DNA of 63,869 nt, filler included, from Choristocarpus tenellus KU-1152 (GCA_964200185.2; 14 parts of 14 records of this genome joined end to end with filler, not necessarily neighbours in it), one strand, 5' to 3'; counted from the whole stretch's first letter, positions 13,284-26,772 are shown. Translations and numbers: made by a program. The notes: a model not told the origin generated them from the letters alone.

Positions 13284-13430
13284 CGTGGGAGGAGGTATCA
13301 AGGAACGCAAGGCCAACACCATGTAACGTTGAATAGATCTCTCAACTTCCCTATCAACAAATTGTGTACGGGCTCTGGGCGGGCTGGAGCCAACGTCATC
13401 TAACAATATGATACAGGTAGATAGATCGGA

Positions 13431-13836
13431 GACACAGGAAGATAGTGTCTTTCACATTAGGACATGGTATTTCTTTAGGGTTTATAATGACAATGCTTAT
13501 GGTCAGTTTTTTTCATTGGTTTCCCCCCTGACACATCCGGGAAATGTCAGAGGGCATATTAATAAAAATACAACTGTTACTTTTCCCTTTTCCCTGACAC
13601 ATCTACAAAATGTGAGAAGTGTTAGGGAGAGGTCACCTTTTTTAGGATATCCAACATTGATGAGGATATACAGTACCTACCCCGATTTTGTGCCACATAT
13701 TATGTACCAAATCGAAAATATTCAATGTTGTACCGCTTTTTTCGACATGCTAAAAAAAAAGGCTTTTGTACCGGAATTCTCGTATTCGGGCGATTTAGCA
13801 TAAAATACCAGAGGTATTCACGCGAGTTTGGCGCGC
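13431..13836 (+). mobile_element. Non-autonomous TIR element family C, partial
   Basis: Starts GACACAGGAAGATAGTG. 13660-13836 is the reverse complement of 40435-40605, whose end reads GACTCAGGAAGAAAGG (TIR-like). Confidence 0.6.
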
Positions 13837-15403
13837 NNNNNNNNNNNNNNNNNNNNNNNNNNNNNNNNNNNNNNNNNNNNTTAATTAATTAANNNNNNNN
13901 NNNNNNNNNNNNNNNNNNNNNNNNNNNNNNNNNNNNGTGTCCTATGGCAGGTCAGGGTTAAAGTTTTCCTGTTCGCTGGATTTTGACAAAAAGTTTTCTT
14001 TTTCGGGGGGGGGGGGGGGGAAGAACGACAGGATCGTAATTTGGGTCAGTAGTACGATGTGGCTACTCCTGCACTGTGCAAGACACCGTGGGTGTTGTCT
14101 TTGATAAACTGCAGAGTGCGCTTTAGCGTCTCTCCCATCCCCCCGAATTGACGGAGGTTTCTATTTCATGCTCTGGGTGTTTCTGTTGGTGTACTTTGAA
14201 GTATAAACATTGCATGTTCGTATCATGTCTATATCCCCTCAATCTTTGTCCTCCTTTGGTCTGATGTAGGAAAAAGGGGAGTGTGTGCCTACGAATTGAT
14301 GTATTGCTGTGTACTGTGGGTGTGATTTCTGTGTTGTGTTAAGGGGGCGGATGGGTGGGGGGTTAAGGATGGTAAAATGATGAATGATGCACAGAAATGA
14401 ATTGGAAATACTTTATAGTACTTGGTAGGCACGTGTAAAGTAGTCCTATCCATAATATTTCGGGGGTGTTACAGTTGTTTGGTTTGGAGTTGTGGCTTTT
14501 CCTGTTGCCATGCCCAGAAGACAAAGGAGATGTCCCGGAGGGTGTCAAAGCAAGGGACAAAGAGCATCCTCACACCTCCCCCTAAGTGCGCTCTTCTTTC
14601 CTCTTCATTAGGTGTTACCTGTGATTGTGCCACTGGCTTTGAAGTCGATGGGACGCCACTGAAAAGACAAATCGGATGTGGAGTACAAATATAGAGAGCA
14701 TAGACAGCCTACCTATCTTTGAGCTGTACATTTTTGACACTGGTGTTTTCGAATGAATATCACTTGGTATGCCTAGTATGCTCAAGGGGAAGCAGGGTTT
14801 GATAGTATTTATATGTGTTCGTATTATGTGTTCGCATGTATGTATTCGTATTATGTATTCATATTATGTGTTCAAATGCATGTTTTTGCTCGGGGAGGGA
14901 TGTCGAGATTATCATTGTGGAATCAGATTGAGGAGAAAATGGTTGTGTTTTTTTTGCAGTGACGCACTGATTTTGTTTTTTGTGGGTGCTGCTTAGTTTG
15001 TCCTGTTGGACTGATTCATCGCCAGAAGTTTGTTGGATGTGACCCTCGGTGTGTGTGATAATGTGTGCATTTGTAGCCTTTTTGTGTGGATATATGTATG
15101 TACCTGCTGCGGTGACTAAGTTTATGAGCAGTTCATCCGAGCAGTTGTATATCTGCATCCAGTAGTCGTCGAAGTATTATAATTGGAGGGTGATTTACTT
15201 GAAGTTTACCACCCCATGGAAGTGTATGTTTGGGGTTGCTTTTGTTTATTTTCTGCAGTGAATTGGCCCGGATAAGGAGTACTGGACAGTGGACAGGTAC
15301 ACTTTTCCTGTAGACAGTGAAGTTAGTACAATGCAGCATCTCTTGCAGCTATAGTTGAACCCGCGGCCCTGTTTCATGCGCCCTCGTGCTTGTGCGATTG
15401 CAG

Positions 15404-16172
15404 AGTAAGAAGAGCAGCGGGAAGGCAATGGACCTGGTGTTTTCGAAGTTCATGAAGGAACTGCAAGCCACATTGGGTCGAAAAAGAGTGGTTACAAAAC
15501 TGTGCTCAAAACCCAAGAATTCCTCGAAAAAGGTACCCAACAGAGCAGGTCATTTGGATGTTTGGGTGGAGTGTTTGGGCTGAAGATAGAGGTATTGTGG
15601 TGAAGACATGGGCAGGTTGACTTGCCCATTTTTGATGAAGAAGTTCTATTCTCTTCTTTGTATGGTTTCCACAAAGGAGGAATGTGATGTTGAGATGTGG
15701 GTACTACAACGTCTTTTTTGAGGTTTGAAAAAACGTAAAACTTTTGCAGTGCTCTATTACCTACAGTGTTTGGGGCATCGATAGTACTGGTTACATAGTG
15801 TGAAACATGTACACAAGGTGGAAGTTTGCATCAGTTTTATATATTTTCTTGAGTCCTGGACAGCAGATCCCATGAAAAGGCCTAAATTTGCCTCAACACT
15901 TTGATCTTAGCCCTGGACTGTGGGATGCAAGACCTCTCCCTGTAAAACTATTTTCAATTTCTGAAGGACTGCAGGAATGTATTGACATATTGATCTTACC
16001 TTTTTTAACCATAGGTGCCGTTTGTTGAGGTACAAACTGCGTCGATCTCTACCTTTGCCAGTAGCAGCCGGTATTAGTTGGTGATTCAAGATCGTAGCTA
16101 ACGAGACATACTTCAGAGTACAATTTGTCTTAAGATGATCAATGAAATTCCTACCTAACCTCAGGCTTAGAT

Positions 16173-16212
<40 letters not shown>

Positions 16213-17180
16213 CCTAACCGTCTTTGCTATCTGGGTTCCTTTCCCTGCCACTTGCCTTTGCGTTGCAACTGAAGGAAACTACTGTGACAGGTGTGAAGAA
16301 GTTTGCGAAGGTAGGAGATAAAAAGTCAAGAAGACAGAACAGGATATAGCCAAGAGGCTGTGTTGTGTGCTTGTGTAGATGTCTTAGTATACTCCTTTGA
16401 TCTTACGTGTGCCGAGTACTTCTAGAACTCTGCGGGTTGAGTGAATTCTACACCAAGAAAACATTACATTTTATGAAGTAGTTTGAGGTTACTACTTTTT
16501 GTATGAAAGTGCGATGACGCATGCACACAGCTGTTCTAGTGCTAGGTAGACGTGTGTCATGCTGCCCTGGTGGTCTACCAAATGTCTGTGGATACAAGGT
16601 GGCATGCGCGAGCAGTTGACACCCACCACCGCATGTTTTTTTGTTTTTGTAAATGGGTTGGCTTCTGGTGTAACGGAGCAAGCTCTAGAGGTCCGGCGTT
16701 GTGTGCTTGCCTTTTTTTGAAACTTGTGCTCTCTCTCCAACTTTGAGTTGTTTAGCTGTGACTTTTTTAAAAGATCGTGTTCGCACAGAAACGGTGTTTC
16801 AAGTACATTGCATTTATTGTTATTAGTGTGGTTCATACTCCTGGAATCATCACTGGATACAGATTGTCTCTTCTTGTAGTTAGGCCTGGTCTTACCGGGT
16901 TTATTTTTTGGCAGTTTATTAGTACTTTGTATATGTTGAATACAGGATTAGAGTTATCTACAATCTACTACCCTCTGTTCAAGCCTTACCAGCAGGGGGT
17001 ACATAAGGAGTGGCAGAAGTATTCAAGGAAAGTGATTATCTTCCTTTCTGTGACTGTTTCTTTCTTCCGGAATCTACACCACTCAAAAAGACAGCAAGAT
17101 ACAGCCTTTTAAAAGACAAAAAAAAATGCGTGTGTTGTCACGGAGGTGAAAGAAGTTACCTATCAGTATGATGTGCTCAG
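15404..17180 (+). CDS. Putative exons of an unidentified gene
   Basis: AG/GT-bounded, phase-compatible open segments 15404-15532 (SKKSSGKAMDLVFSKFMKELQ..), 16275-16310 (ETTVTGVKKFAK) and 17146-17180 (VKEVTYQYDVL); no family recognised. Confidence 0.3.
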
Positions 17181-19950
17181 GTAGAACAGGATTTATTTGA
17201 AGAGGATAATATTTCTTTGATTGACCTGAGATCTGGACTTGGATCGTCTGTAACAGCTTTCACTGCTAGGATAGTAGTTGGTACCATATCCTCAGGAATT
17301 TCCTATTCTCTATGCCTCGGTTGCAATACACATCAAAGCGAATACATTATTGCCTCTGAGTACCTATTTATTGTTGTGCGGGGAATTATTTAGAATGGGC
17401 ACAACAAGCAAGGCAACTCAGCATGACCTACAGCCCTACTGGGGGATAGTCCACTCTTTTTTCTGAAGTGTACAACTACAAGCTTCTTATTATCAAGAGG
17501 CACGATGGATGTCACATATTGATGGAGTTATACCTACAATATACCGCTTCTTGTACCAAAGAAAGAGCATGAATGTTCCTATGCGAGTCTTGCCCTACTT
17601 TTCTATAGAGCCAATAACAAAAAGAACTATGTTTTGTAAATAAAGTAAAAGTTAGTAGTGTTACGGGTAAATAATAGGGGAAGGTTAGGACTAGTAGGTA
17701 TTGCAAAGAAAACTATTTTCAGTTGTGTCGCGAATCGTAGAACAGTTCTACGTACGTACATTTTGTGAGTAAGGAGTAGTTATATATTCTTCACCTACAA
17801 CCGAGACACGCATTTGTACATCATACGAGTACATAAATAAATACCCACTCACAAGTACGCACTACTGTCCATGTAAAATTCGACATCTCATATAAATCCG
17901 TACTATGGAATAGATATTATTGTTATTACTCCAACAACAAAGAGGCAGGAGTATCATACTGTAACGAACAGTTACGGTTGTGTGTGTTTCAATATGCTAG
18001 TCTACACATAAGTAGAGTGTATGTGGTTGATTACAGTACTAGAAGTTATACTATATACGACTTTTGAAAGATCCACAACACAAATTCTATGACATCACAT
18101 GTTGATTCGAAAAAGCGCTTTCTATGGAAAAGGACTTCAAGGGACAAAACCACTCGACACATCCTATTGAAACAACTGTTAAGTGTGTGCTGAAAACCAT
18201 CACTCGACCCTGAGAACGAAGTCACCACCAAGAAAAGTAGATCGATCAGGTCGAGAAAATCATGGACAACAGGCTATCTCCTTGGTGAGCTGTTTTTTAA
18301 ATATCCTTATCCGATCCTTGTTGCAAAATAGACCAGAACTGGGAGATTCCATACAGTCAAGTAAGTAAAGTCAACGCTAGGGGCTCGACCACGAGTTTTG
18401 GTCCCTATTTTGTTCGAGGAGGTTCCTGCCTCTCCGACTCCTCACGATGGTCTCACTAGACGAGTATAGAGAACTTTCTCTGGCGCGATGAGGACGGCTT
18501 ATTTCTTCGGTGCTATCCCTTCTTTAAGCGAAGTAGCAGTGACATCTGGTTGAGCAAATGCCGACCTCCACTTAGCCTTACTCTCGAGATAGTAAAACCG
18601 ATGATTTCTGACAAACTCAATGGATTTACGCCTTACTTCAACTAGGTATGGAGTACGCGACGACGAGTCATCAAAACGATGTTCAACCGAGAAGAAGAGG
18701 AAGCAAATATCTGAGCGCGGACGAGATAGTGAGTACGAGAGAGCAATGATATACCTACCCGATAAGAGCATGAATTGGTATTGAATATAGAAACCATCAC
18801 GGACAGACTCTGTGGCGTATCACTCCTAGAGCAATAAACCCATTGTGATTGAGTGTGGGTTGGTAGATATTGATTAGAGCTGCACCGGTTGTTATTGTCT
18901 TTTACGCATATGCAAGCGAACCCACGTTGACAGAGCATCAAATGTTGTCTTCGTCTTGAGAAACCTACCTACATGACACTGTCAAGATTTGTGTTGTAAA
19001 GTCCCGCTCCACGACAATCTAACTCTTGTTTCACGGACGTAACCATAGACTACAAGAGATCACTTCACCGAAATAAACTGACGGGCGACGTCTTTTCGAC
19101 CACACACAGTCCAAAACAGTTCCACACTTGTTGAAACAACGGAGGGATTGTAAATGTGGGTGTTGGTCGTTAGTATTCTTGCCGGAAACGAGACACACTT
19201 TCATCGACCAGACGGGGCTTAACTCTATTGTACCGAATGCACAACATTAGCATGGTTGGATCAAAGGCTGCCGTAATGGACTACAATAGAGTTGTACGAC
19301 AAAACGAAAAGAGCTTCCTGATGAAAAATTCACCAGATGGAATGTGGTTATATTTATGCTACCTTTATCCATGGTGATTGTCATTAGAAAAAGTGGGTAT
19401 AACTCAGCTCAACGAGGGTTCCTTGAGAGCATGACAGGTTCACTACAGGGCCAATATCTCGAGTTGATTGCTCTGTCGGTGCTATATATATTTTTTTATG
19501 GCGTAGTGTTTTGTACGTGTGTGTGTNNNNNNNNNNNNNNNNNNNNNNNNNNNNNNNNNNNNNNNNNNNNTTAATTAATTAANNNNNNNNNNNNNNNNNN
19601 NNNNNNNNNNNNNNNNNNNNNNNNNNAGAAGGGGATTCAAGGCAACCCTTGTGGTGTTAGCATTTCAAGTATCACCAGTTGACCGTATATCCTTGCGGTT
19701 GCATTGGACTGGTCTGCTTTTGTGGCTTGTGTGGACATGACCACGCGTCCACCTAGATGTCCATTTTGAACCCTACAGCATGCATCAAAGCCAGCCGCAA
19801 AAACACGTCAACCGTCAACCACCTTTGCTTTTCTCAAGATTACTACAAGTGCTGAACAAAACATGCTCAGAGCAATACGTGTTGCACCTCATTATAGTGT
19901 TGTAATGGGGTTGAATTTCTCACCCATCCAAAAGTCCAAAGGCCAGGGTA

Positions 19951-20250
19951 CTAGGTACTGAGTATTCGTGCCGACCTGAAGCAACGGTATTGGAGGAATT
20001 TTACTGACATATACATGTGTTCGATTCCTTTATACGCTCACGTATTGCTTCAATGTGGAGCCACTGCCCCGGTCACCATCCGTAAACTATTGTCGCAGCA
20101 GAGATGGAGGGCATACTGGATCCACTGAGACACTCCAGCAATCTTGAGGGTGCCTAGTTGCAGCAACATAGAGAGTGCGCATGGTGGTGCTGTGATACGG
20201 TCATCAGACACACTTACCATCAAGGCTTTTTTTGGAACGTGCATGGAGGT
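19951..20250 (-). mobile_element. Probable Helitron 3' end remnant
   Basis: On the minus strand: degenerate TLYVAATRHP (helicase LYVAxSR-like), then an imperfect hairpin CGTTGC..GCACG about 12 nt before a terminal CTAG (19951-19954) followed by T. Confidence 0.35.
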
Positions 20251-21010
20251 TTGAGAAATAGAAATCGTATGTTGAGCTCTACAGGAAATGAAAGGTATAC
20301 CAGGAGTACTACTAAATACACACCTCTAGTATCAAATACATCGGAGTACCGAGTGAGTAGTGACACTTATCCATTTCACCATCCCCATTACCGTAGAATA
20401 AAGCAGACAGCAAGCGGCATTAAAAAGCCAATATGACACTTTCACCGCGAAACCTGCCCTACTTCCTCCACCCTGGAGCATCATCGCGTGGGTGAGAACG
20501 TGCCTGACAATGCTGCTGGCTGAGCGCGAAGTTTGGTGTTAACTTCAACGGCATGTTGTCTATTACCCAGACGCAGGTCTTCCTTTTGCTTGCCTCTCTG
20601 ATCTACAGGAGCAGTAATAGTAATAGTAGCAAGCGGTAGGTGTGCGTACCTGTTCAAGTATTGTTTTGAGAAGTCGACACCGCCATGTTACCTTTCCCTG
20701 TCAATGCCGTGAATCTCGTAAACAATTCGACAAGATTGCGATTAGTTGAAACCGAAAGAGGAGGGGTTGTGTTTTTTAGTCTGGTTCTTTTGGGGGCGAA
20801 AGCTGGCTGCACGATCTCGTCGCAGAGAGATCTGCGATTCGCGCGCCTCAATTCGTTCGCTGCGTGAACATTTCGTATATAATCGAATACATAGAAATTT
20901 CTCCAACCAATTCAAGTTACGCTTATTATAATATGGACTCATAAACGCTGCTTTCGATTTACGACACTGACCTCCGGCCTATTCTGTGCTCCCTGACCCG
21001 CATCAAATAG

Positions 21011-23984
21011 AATGGTGCTAGCGCTGAGGACCACGAGCTGGATGAAACTCCCCGCTTCCTTCACAGTGCCCGTGGCATAAGCCAAGTGGTGGCTACGGAC
21101 ACAAACTTTAGGTGGGTGACTGGGGCAGGTGTGGGGGTGGGCGGTGCGTGTATCTCAGAGAGTTCCACTGTGTATGCAGTACATATATGCTGGGCATTTA
21201 GTGTGCTCACTACTCACGTGTGCAGAGTGCAGCACCTTTGCGCTTTCTTTCCGGTGTGAGTTCTCCCAGTATCCATCCTTGGCGTAAAGCGAAGGTATAG
21301 GTGAGACCCAACTGACAGTATAACCATTTTTTTTTTAAAGTCCCCTCACACCTTGCAATCTCAGCCAAAAGGACTCCGCGTGCTCCCCAGCAGAGTTCTC
21401 ATCGATGCTTCACCACTGTTACATAGTATTTCGCCTGTACGCTGTCAGTCAGAGGAATGCGGATAATAGTAGGAAACAATCAATGCTGGCACAATGAGCC
21501 TAGGCATGAGGCGGTCGCAGAGGAAGACCCAACGTTATCCCATCAAGAACATTCCCTTCAATAAAACTCCCTCGATTGGGATGTTAAATTTTGTTGGCAA
21601 TGAATCTTTCCATGGTGAAGTATAATTCTCTGACAGTTCATTGTATAAGGCCCCATCTACAAGGATATTGCAGGTACTGTTTTCTATGAGCAGCAAGCGA
21701 ACACGTTAACTTCCAAATCCATTCCCAAAATCCTTGCACGTGCATGCGTTATTGGCACAGAGCAGCGGAATCTAACCCCCCAATCCCCCTGTTTGTAAAT
21801 ATGTTATTTGTGTAGTGAGTTCTTCCGCTGTGCGTTGATTGCGCTCAAGGAGAAGGCTGTACCAGGAGGCAGTGTTGGTCCGTACAGCGAGAACTCCCGC
21901 CAGAGCGGCTTCACGACCTTTGGTCCAGGACACTTCATGGAGGTGGTTGGTAGCGCCCACAGCTCAACCCGGCAGGCGTGGTACCAAAAGGTGAATGAGT
22001 CATTGCCATCGTCTGAAAATGACTGGACTTGCCAAAGTTGACTGATCTCCATCATCTTGTCCCCCATTATCGCAAGCCCTACCCGTGCTCCATTTTGAGG
22101 AAATGGGTTATGATGGCACAAGGATAAAATCAGACCGGTTGCCGAAAATACATGTGCTCTAACCTCAGGTCTTTCCCCTCCCACCCCCTTACCTCCCACC
22201 CCTCCTCGGCAGTGGAACGTAAACCGCTTTCTCCGGCCGGAGGCCATGGCGGGCCTTGTCCACAATGACATTTTGGAAGGACGTAATTCCCCGATTGACA
22301 AGAGCTTGCTCAACAATGAGCTACTGAAAACGAAACTGAAGGAGCACAACTACAACAACAATGAGCTTCTTGGTGTCGACAACCCCAAAGCCACCTTGCT
22401 TCTCCCCATGGTGAGGACCTCCTCCAATGTTTAGGCATTAGGTGCGAGGGAGGGCAATGTGTGCCATTATCTGATCGACAGGTGCTTCAAAGGGATTTGA
22501 CCTCTGACTGAGAAATCTCAATGAGATCACTTTTCGTACTGTGCTTTGGATTAAGGGCGATGCACCTACTGCTATGATCTTGCCCTACCACCGCATAAGT
22601 GGGTTGATGAATTCATTGCGTGCATTGGCTCAAAATATGACCGGCTCCAATTTGGTCCTCGCTTGTCCATTTGAACCTCTCATACGCCCAGCGCAAGCCT
22701 GGGAAGTAGTAGTACGAGAAGCCTATCTTCCACTGATCCCTACTCCTAACTCTCCCCACCCAATGTCATTGTATTTACAACATCCCTGTCACTTTCGCAG
22801 GGAGTACCGGCGGGGTCCCCAACCCACCCGAGCTACCCGGCAGGCCACAGTGTCAACAGCGGAGCTGCAGCCACCGTGCTGAAGGTGATGACGAGGAACA
22901 CTTGCTTGTCAATGGCGGTAACCATGTAGACGGCATTTTCGATTATCGCAGACCCTCACTTCTTCAAGGCTGCCACGATCATTTCTTATTTGGTAGCCAA
23001 GTGCAGGGAATGGCTCCCCCTATTTACTTAACCATACCTGAGTCGCTTCAAGTTCACTCCCAGGGGTGTGCCAATACCGAATGAGTGTGGGAGAGCTCAT
23101 TGCAAGTAGAGGTTTAGCTTCCGGCTTGTTCTATTTTCATACTCGTAAACGCAAGGGAAGAGTGATAATAGTAATTACCAAGTATGAGAGGTGAGAAGTC
23201 CACTTTCATCCTGGAATTGCCAGGTGCCGTACCCACAGCTCGAAATATTATGTTTGTTCCCATATGTAGCCATATATAGTAGTCGTAGTGAGGTACTGAC
23301 GTATCTCAAGAAATATTATTGTTGGGACTAATAGTACGTAGTTATATTGCTACACTATTACTACATGCAATGATATGACACCCCTTAGTTAGGTGTTGGA
23401 GTAAAAATGGAGGAGAGGCATTGAGTACACGGTTCTTACGTCAGTTGGTGGGTATCTGCCGACTCTTCTTTCTTCCTCTTTTCCGTTTTGGGGGTCACAT
23501 GGGGGAAGGGGGAAACCTGTCAAGTTTCCGTGGCCCCTCGTCATTGCACGCTCTGCTTTACAGGGGGGAGGATTCTAGTGGGTTCCCTACCTCTTACACA
23601 TCTCAGGAAAAAGGGTGATCAAAATCGGCCCAGTCCCTGTGATTGTTAACTCTTGCCGGTAGTGGGTTCCACATCACATCGCTCAATAAACACTTAGGTG
23701 CCACTGCTTGTGGCGGGTGTACATTATCGGTATCATAAAACAACAAATAGTACACCTTTTCGATAGGACAACCCGTTCCATCCCATACCCTGCTCGTGTT
23801 GGGCATTCCTCTCATTTGCATAGGCCTTTCTTGGACCCGATGGCAAGGAGTGTGTGGACTCCCCTGTGGAAGCAAGCGACGACGGCCTTGAGCGATTCCC
23901 TCTCCTTGAGGAAGGAGGAGAACCAATCTGTCTGACGTGGACCGGGGAGGTGAACAAGCTGGCCTCCAATGTTGCCATGGGGAG
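21011..23984 (+). CDS. Vanadium-dependent haloperoxidase (brown-algal vBPO/vIPO type), 5 internal exons; both ends lie outside the contig
   Basis: Exons 21011-21111 (NGASAEDHELDETPRFLHSARG..), 21816-21990 (EFFRCALI..RQSGFTTFGPGHF..RQAWYQK), 22213-22410 (WNVNRFLRPEAMAGLVHN..LLLPM), 22801-22884 (GVPAGSPTHPSYPAGHSVNSGA..LK) and 23824-23984 (..SDDGLE..CLTWTGEVNKLASNVAMGR). All GT-AG and in frame, with the vanadate-binding K..RP, HPSYPxGH and R motifs. Confidence 0.95.
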
Positions 23985-24106
23985 GTAAGCTCTTGTGATT
24001 CCTTGTATTTTCTTCTTGAAAGGAGATTTACCTTCACGCTGAAACACCGCAGATATTGACCGTGGGGCCATATTATGGAGAGTTCCGCAACTCTTTCAAT
24101 CTCCCA

Positions 24107-24260
24107 GACTCAAAGTATCTAGGGGTGTGTGGCGGCTGTCCATTTGAGATCAATTTTTTCATGTCTCGAATTTTGGGTGATTTGGTTCCATACATCAGAT
24201 GGATAATGAAAGTGCACTTTTCCTGGTTTTGGACCAAATGAACCCTCTGGTGTAGCCCCC
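24107..24260 (-). mobile_element. MITE family B, partial
   Basis: GACTCAAAGTATCT terminus and family-B body; breaks in a C-tract at the contig end. Confidence 0.85.
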
Positions 24261-24360
24261 NNNNNNNNNNNNNNNNNNNNNNNNNNNNNNNNNNNNNNNN
24301 NNNNTTAATTAATTAANNNNNNNNNNNNNNNNNNNNNNNNNNNNNNNNNNNNNNNNNNNN

Positions 24361-24517
24361 GGGGGGTCTACACCAGAGCGTCCATTTGGACCAAAACCAG
24401 GAAAAGTGCACTTTCATTATCCATCCAACGTACGGAACCAAATCACCCAGAAATCGTGACATGAAAAAATTGGCCCCAAATGGACAGCCGTAACCCTAAT
24501 CCTAGATACTTTGAACC
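24361..24517 (+). mobile_element. MITE family B, partial
   Basis: GTCTACACCAG..CCATTTGGACCAAAACCAGGAAAAGTGCAC..AGATACTTTGAACC. Confidence 0.85.
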
Positions 24518-24654
24518 TCTGCTGCGTTCAACGAAAATACCGATCTATAACGAGCACAGAGGTCTAAAAGCTGAGACACTTGTGACTGATTGAACGTGGT
24601 ATCTTTGAATGCACTTGTCTTACTGAAGGCTTAATGAAACTCCTCTCTAGCTTT

Positions 24655-24913
24655 GAGTGAAAGTATCTTAGAGGGTACGAGTTTTGCCCTGTTTGTCCAT
24701 TTGGGGCTTGGCCTCCCTCGGAATTTTTATGACGTTTTCCTACTCCAAAAATGTTTCGGAGTAGATAAAATTGATACGTCCTGAAAAGGTGTGTCCGGAG
24801 CAAGGATATTGACACTTCCTAACAAACACTATAGCCAAAATTACATCGAAATCGCAACATTGGATTTTGGCCCCCAAATGGACGCGGCTCTACCCTCTAA
24901 GATACTTGGGCCC
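24655..24913. mobile_element. MITE family A (~257 bp)
   Basis: TIR GAGTGAAAGTATCTTAGAGGGTA..TACCCTCTAAGATACTTGGGCCC; flanks ttt/ttt. Confidence 0.9.
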
Positions 24914-25367
24914 TTTACTGGACAAGGCAGAAACATCATTTAGAGCACTAACAGTGAGTGGTATCTGATCAGAAATTGGGGTTAAGTGACCCATCACAAG
25001 ATATTTCTTGATACGGACCCTACGTGCAGCTGGGTTTGCCATTTGATCTAATACTGATCTATTACTTACTGACCAAGTACTGAGATTGCGAGCAGCTACA
25101 ATACGATTCCATGGATGTGTAAGTTCATTGGTATGATCTACATCAGGCATAGAATATATGACTGGCTCCACTACAACGGCAATATGAAGAGATGGGCTAA
25201 CATCAGTTGTGCAACATACGATGATTTCATGACCAGCTGGTATGTTGTATTGTCTATATACACGAACGGGTACAGGGTCAAAATCATGTTGGACACACTC
25301 ACTACAGAGCAGGAAGGACTGGTACTTGTATCACGTACTTGTCGGGTGAGACTCCTTGTCATGTGAT

Positions 25368-25621
25368 GAGTGTAAGAGGTATCTTACGAGTTTTACCCTG
25401 TTTGTCCGTTTGGGGCTTGGCTTCCTGTGTTTTTTTTATGATATTTTCCCACCCCAAAATGTTTCGGAGTAGGTAAAATGTTTACGTTATGAAAACGTAT
25501 GTCTGGAACAAGGATATTGACTATTCCTAACAAACTTGATAGCCAAAATTACATCAAAATCGAAACATTGGATTTTGGCCCCCAAACGGACGCGGCTCTA
25601 CCCTCTAAGATGCTTTGACTC
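25368..25621. mobile_element. MITE family A
   Basis: Family-A body ending TACCCTCTAAGATGCTTTGACTC; TSD tgat/tgat. Confidence 0.9.
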
Positions 25622-26593
25622 TGATGTCTTGCTGGAATGGTACTCAAGCTGTTGTGGAATGAGAGACGTTGTTCTTGCCAATGAAGGATTACATCGAACC
25701 CTTGCATCACACTATTATCAACCAATATTTTATTGGGACCAAGCTGGGGAATCACCAAACTTCAACTGGCAATGTGGTGACTGGTGTGGTAAGTGCAGAA
25801 CGAATAAATCCACGAATATACAATGGTGAACCACCAGCAGTATGTTGATTTATTTCACCAAGTGGAACAAGATTGTCATCCAAACGTTTGAGTTGAGGGT
25901 AATTGCGAACAAATACCTCTGAAATACATGGTAAATCGCTTGCTGTATCAATGGTCAAGTCATTTTCTTCTTGCTCTTCAACAGTGCCAGATACGTGAAC
26001 CCTTTGTGATGAAAACGATAAAGTTTTTCTCGTAGATGGGTATCTGTACAAAGAACGTTTAAACCAAGTTTGATTATTATCGTCTTACAAGTTCGGTTGA
26101 ACTAAAGGCAAAGAAAAATGCTTAATGACACACATGAAGGCAATAAGCGATGCCTGAGGAGCAAGAGTCGTGACTGGTGTCAACCCCTGACGCTTGCCAC
26201 TCCCTACGATAGTGTGAACGACACCATGCTCATTCCCAAATGGGCAGGAGTCAAATCCACCGGGTACCCCCCTAGGGGCGAGGAGTATAATGACTTGCAT
26301 CTGACTGTCTATCTTCACGACCACAACCTCCATGACCTCTCCCTCTACGACGTAGGTATGGCCTACGATTTGGGTTGTCTAGGCATGACTGGGTCGAGTG
26401 ACCCTCACAAGTCGTCGCCTGACAACCAGGGTACTGACACAAACTACTTTGGTGTAAATCAACATGATAGTGAGGTGCAGCTGGGGTCTCTGCATGGTGT
26501 GGAAGACTCAAGGGTATTGATGATGGTCTGTCAGTTGGACGGGCTGTCACAGGTGGATGCATCAACGACTGAGCTGAGGACCTGTAGAGGTTA

Positions 26594-26772
26594 GACCCAA
26601 AGTATCTGGAGGAGGGAGGGAGGTCTACACCAGGGTGTCCATTTGAGTCATACCCAGGAAAAATGCACTAACATTATCCATCCGACGTCTGCAACCAATC
26701 ACGCAAAAATCGCGAAATGAAAAAATTGACCCCAAATGGACAGCCGCCACCCACCCTCAGACACTTTGAGCC
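26594..26772 (+). mobile_element. MITE family B (~180 bp)
   Basis: GACCCAAAGTATCTGG..CAGACACTTTGAGCC; flanks tta/ttt. Confidence 0.9.

Noticed and set aside
18050-19340. Coding-like stretch, possibly a viral or TE relic
   Set aside because: Frames are interrupted and no motif could be recognised with confidence
21772-22349. Minus-strand ORFs of 181 aa and 62 aa
   Set aside because: Antisense shadows of the haloperoxidase exons
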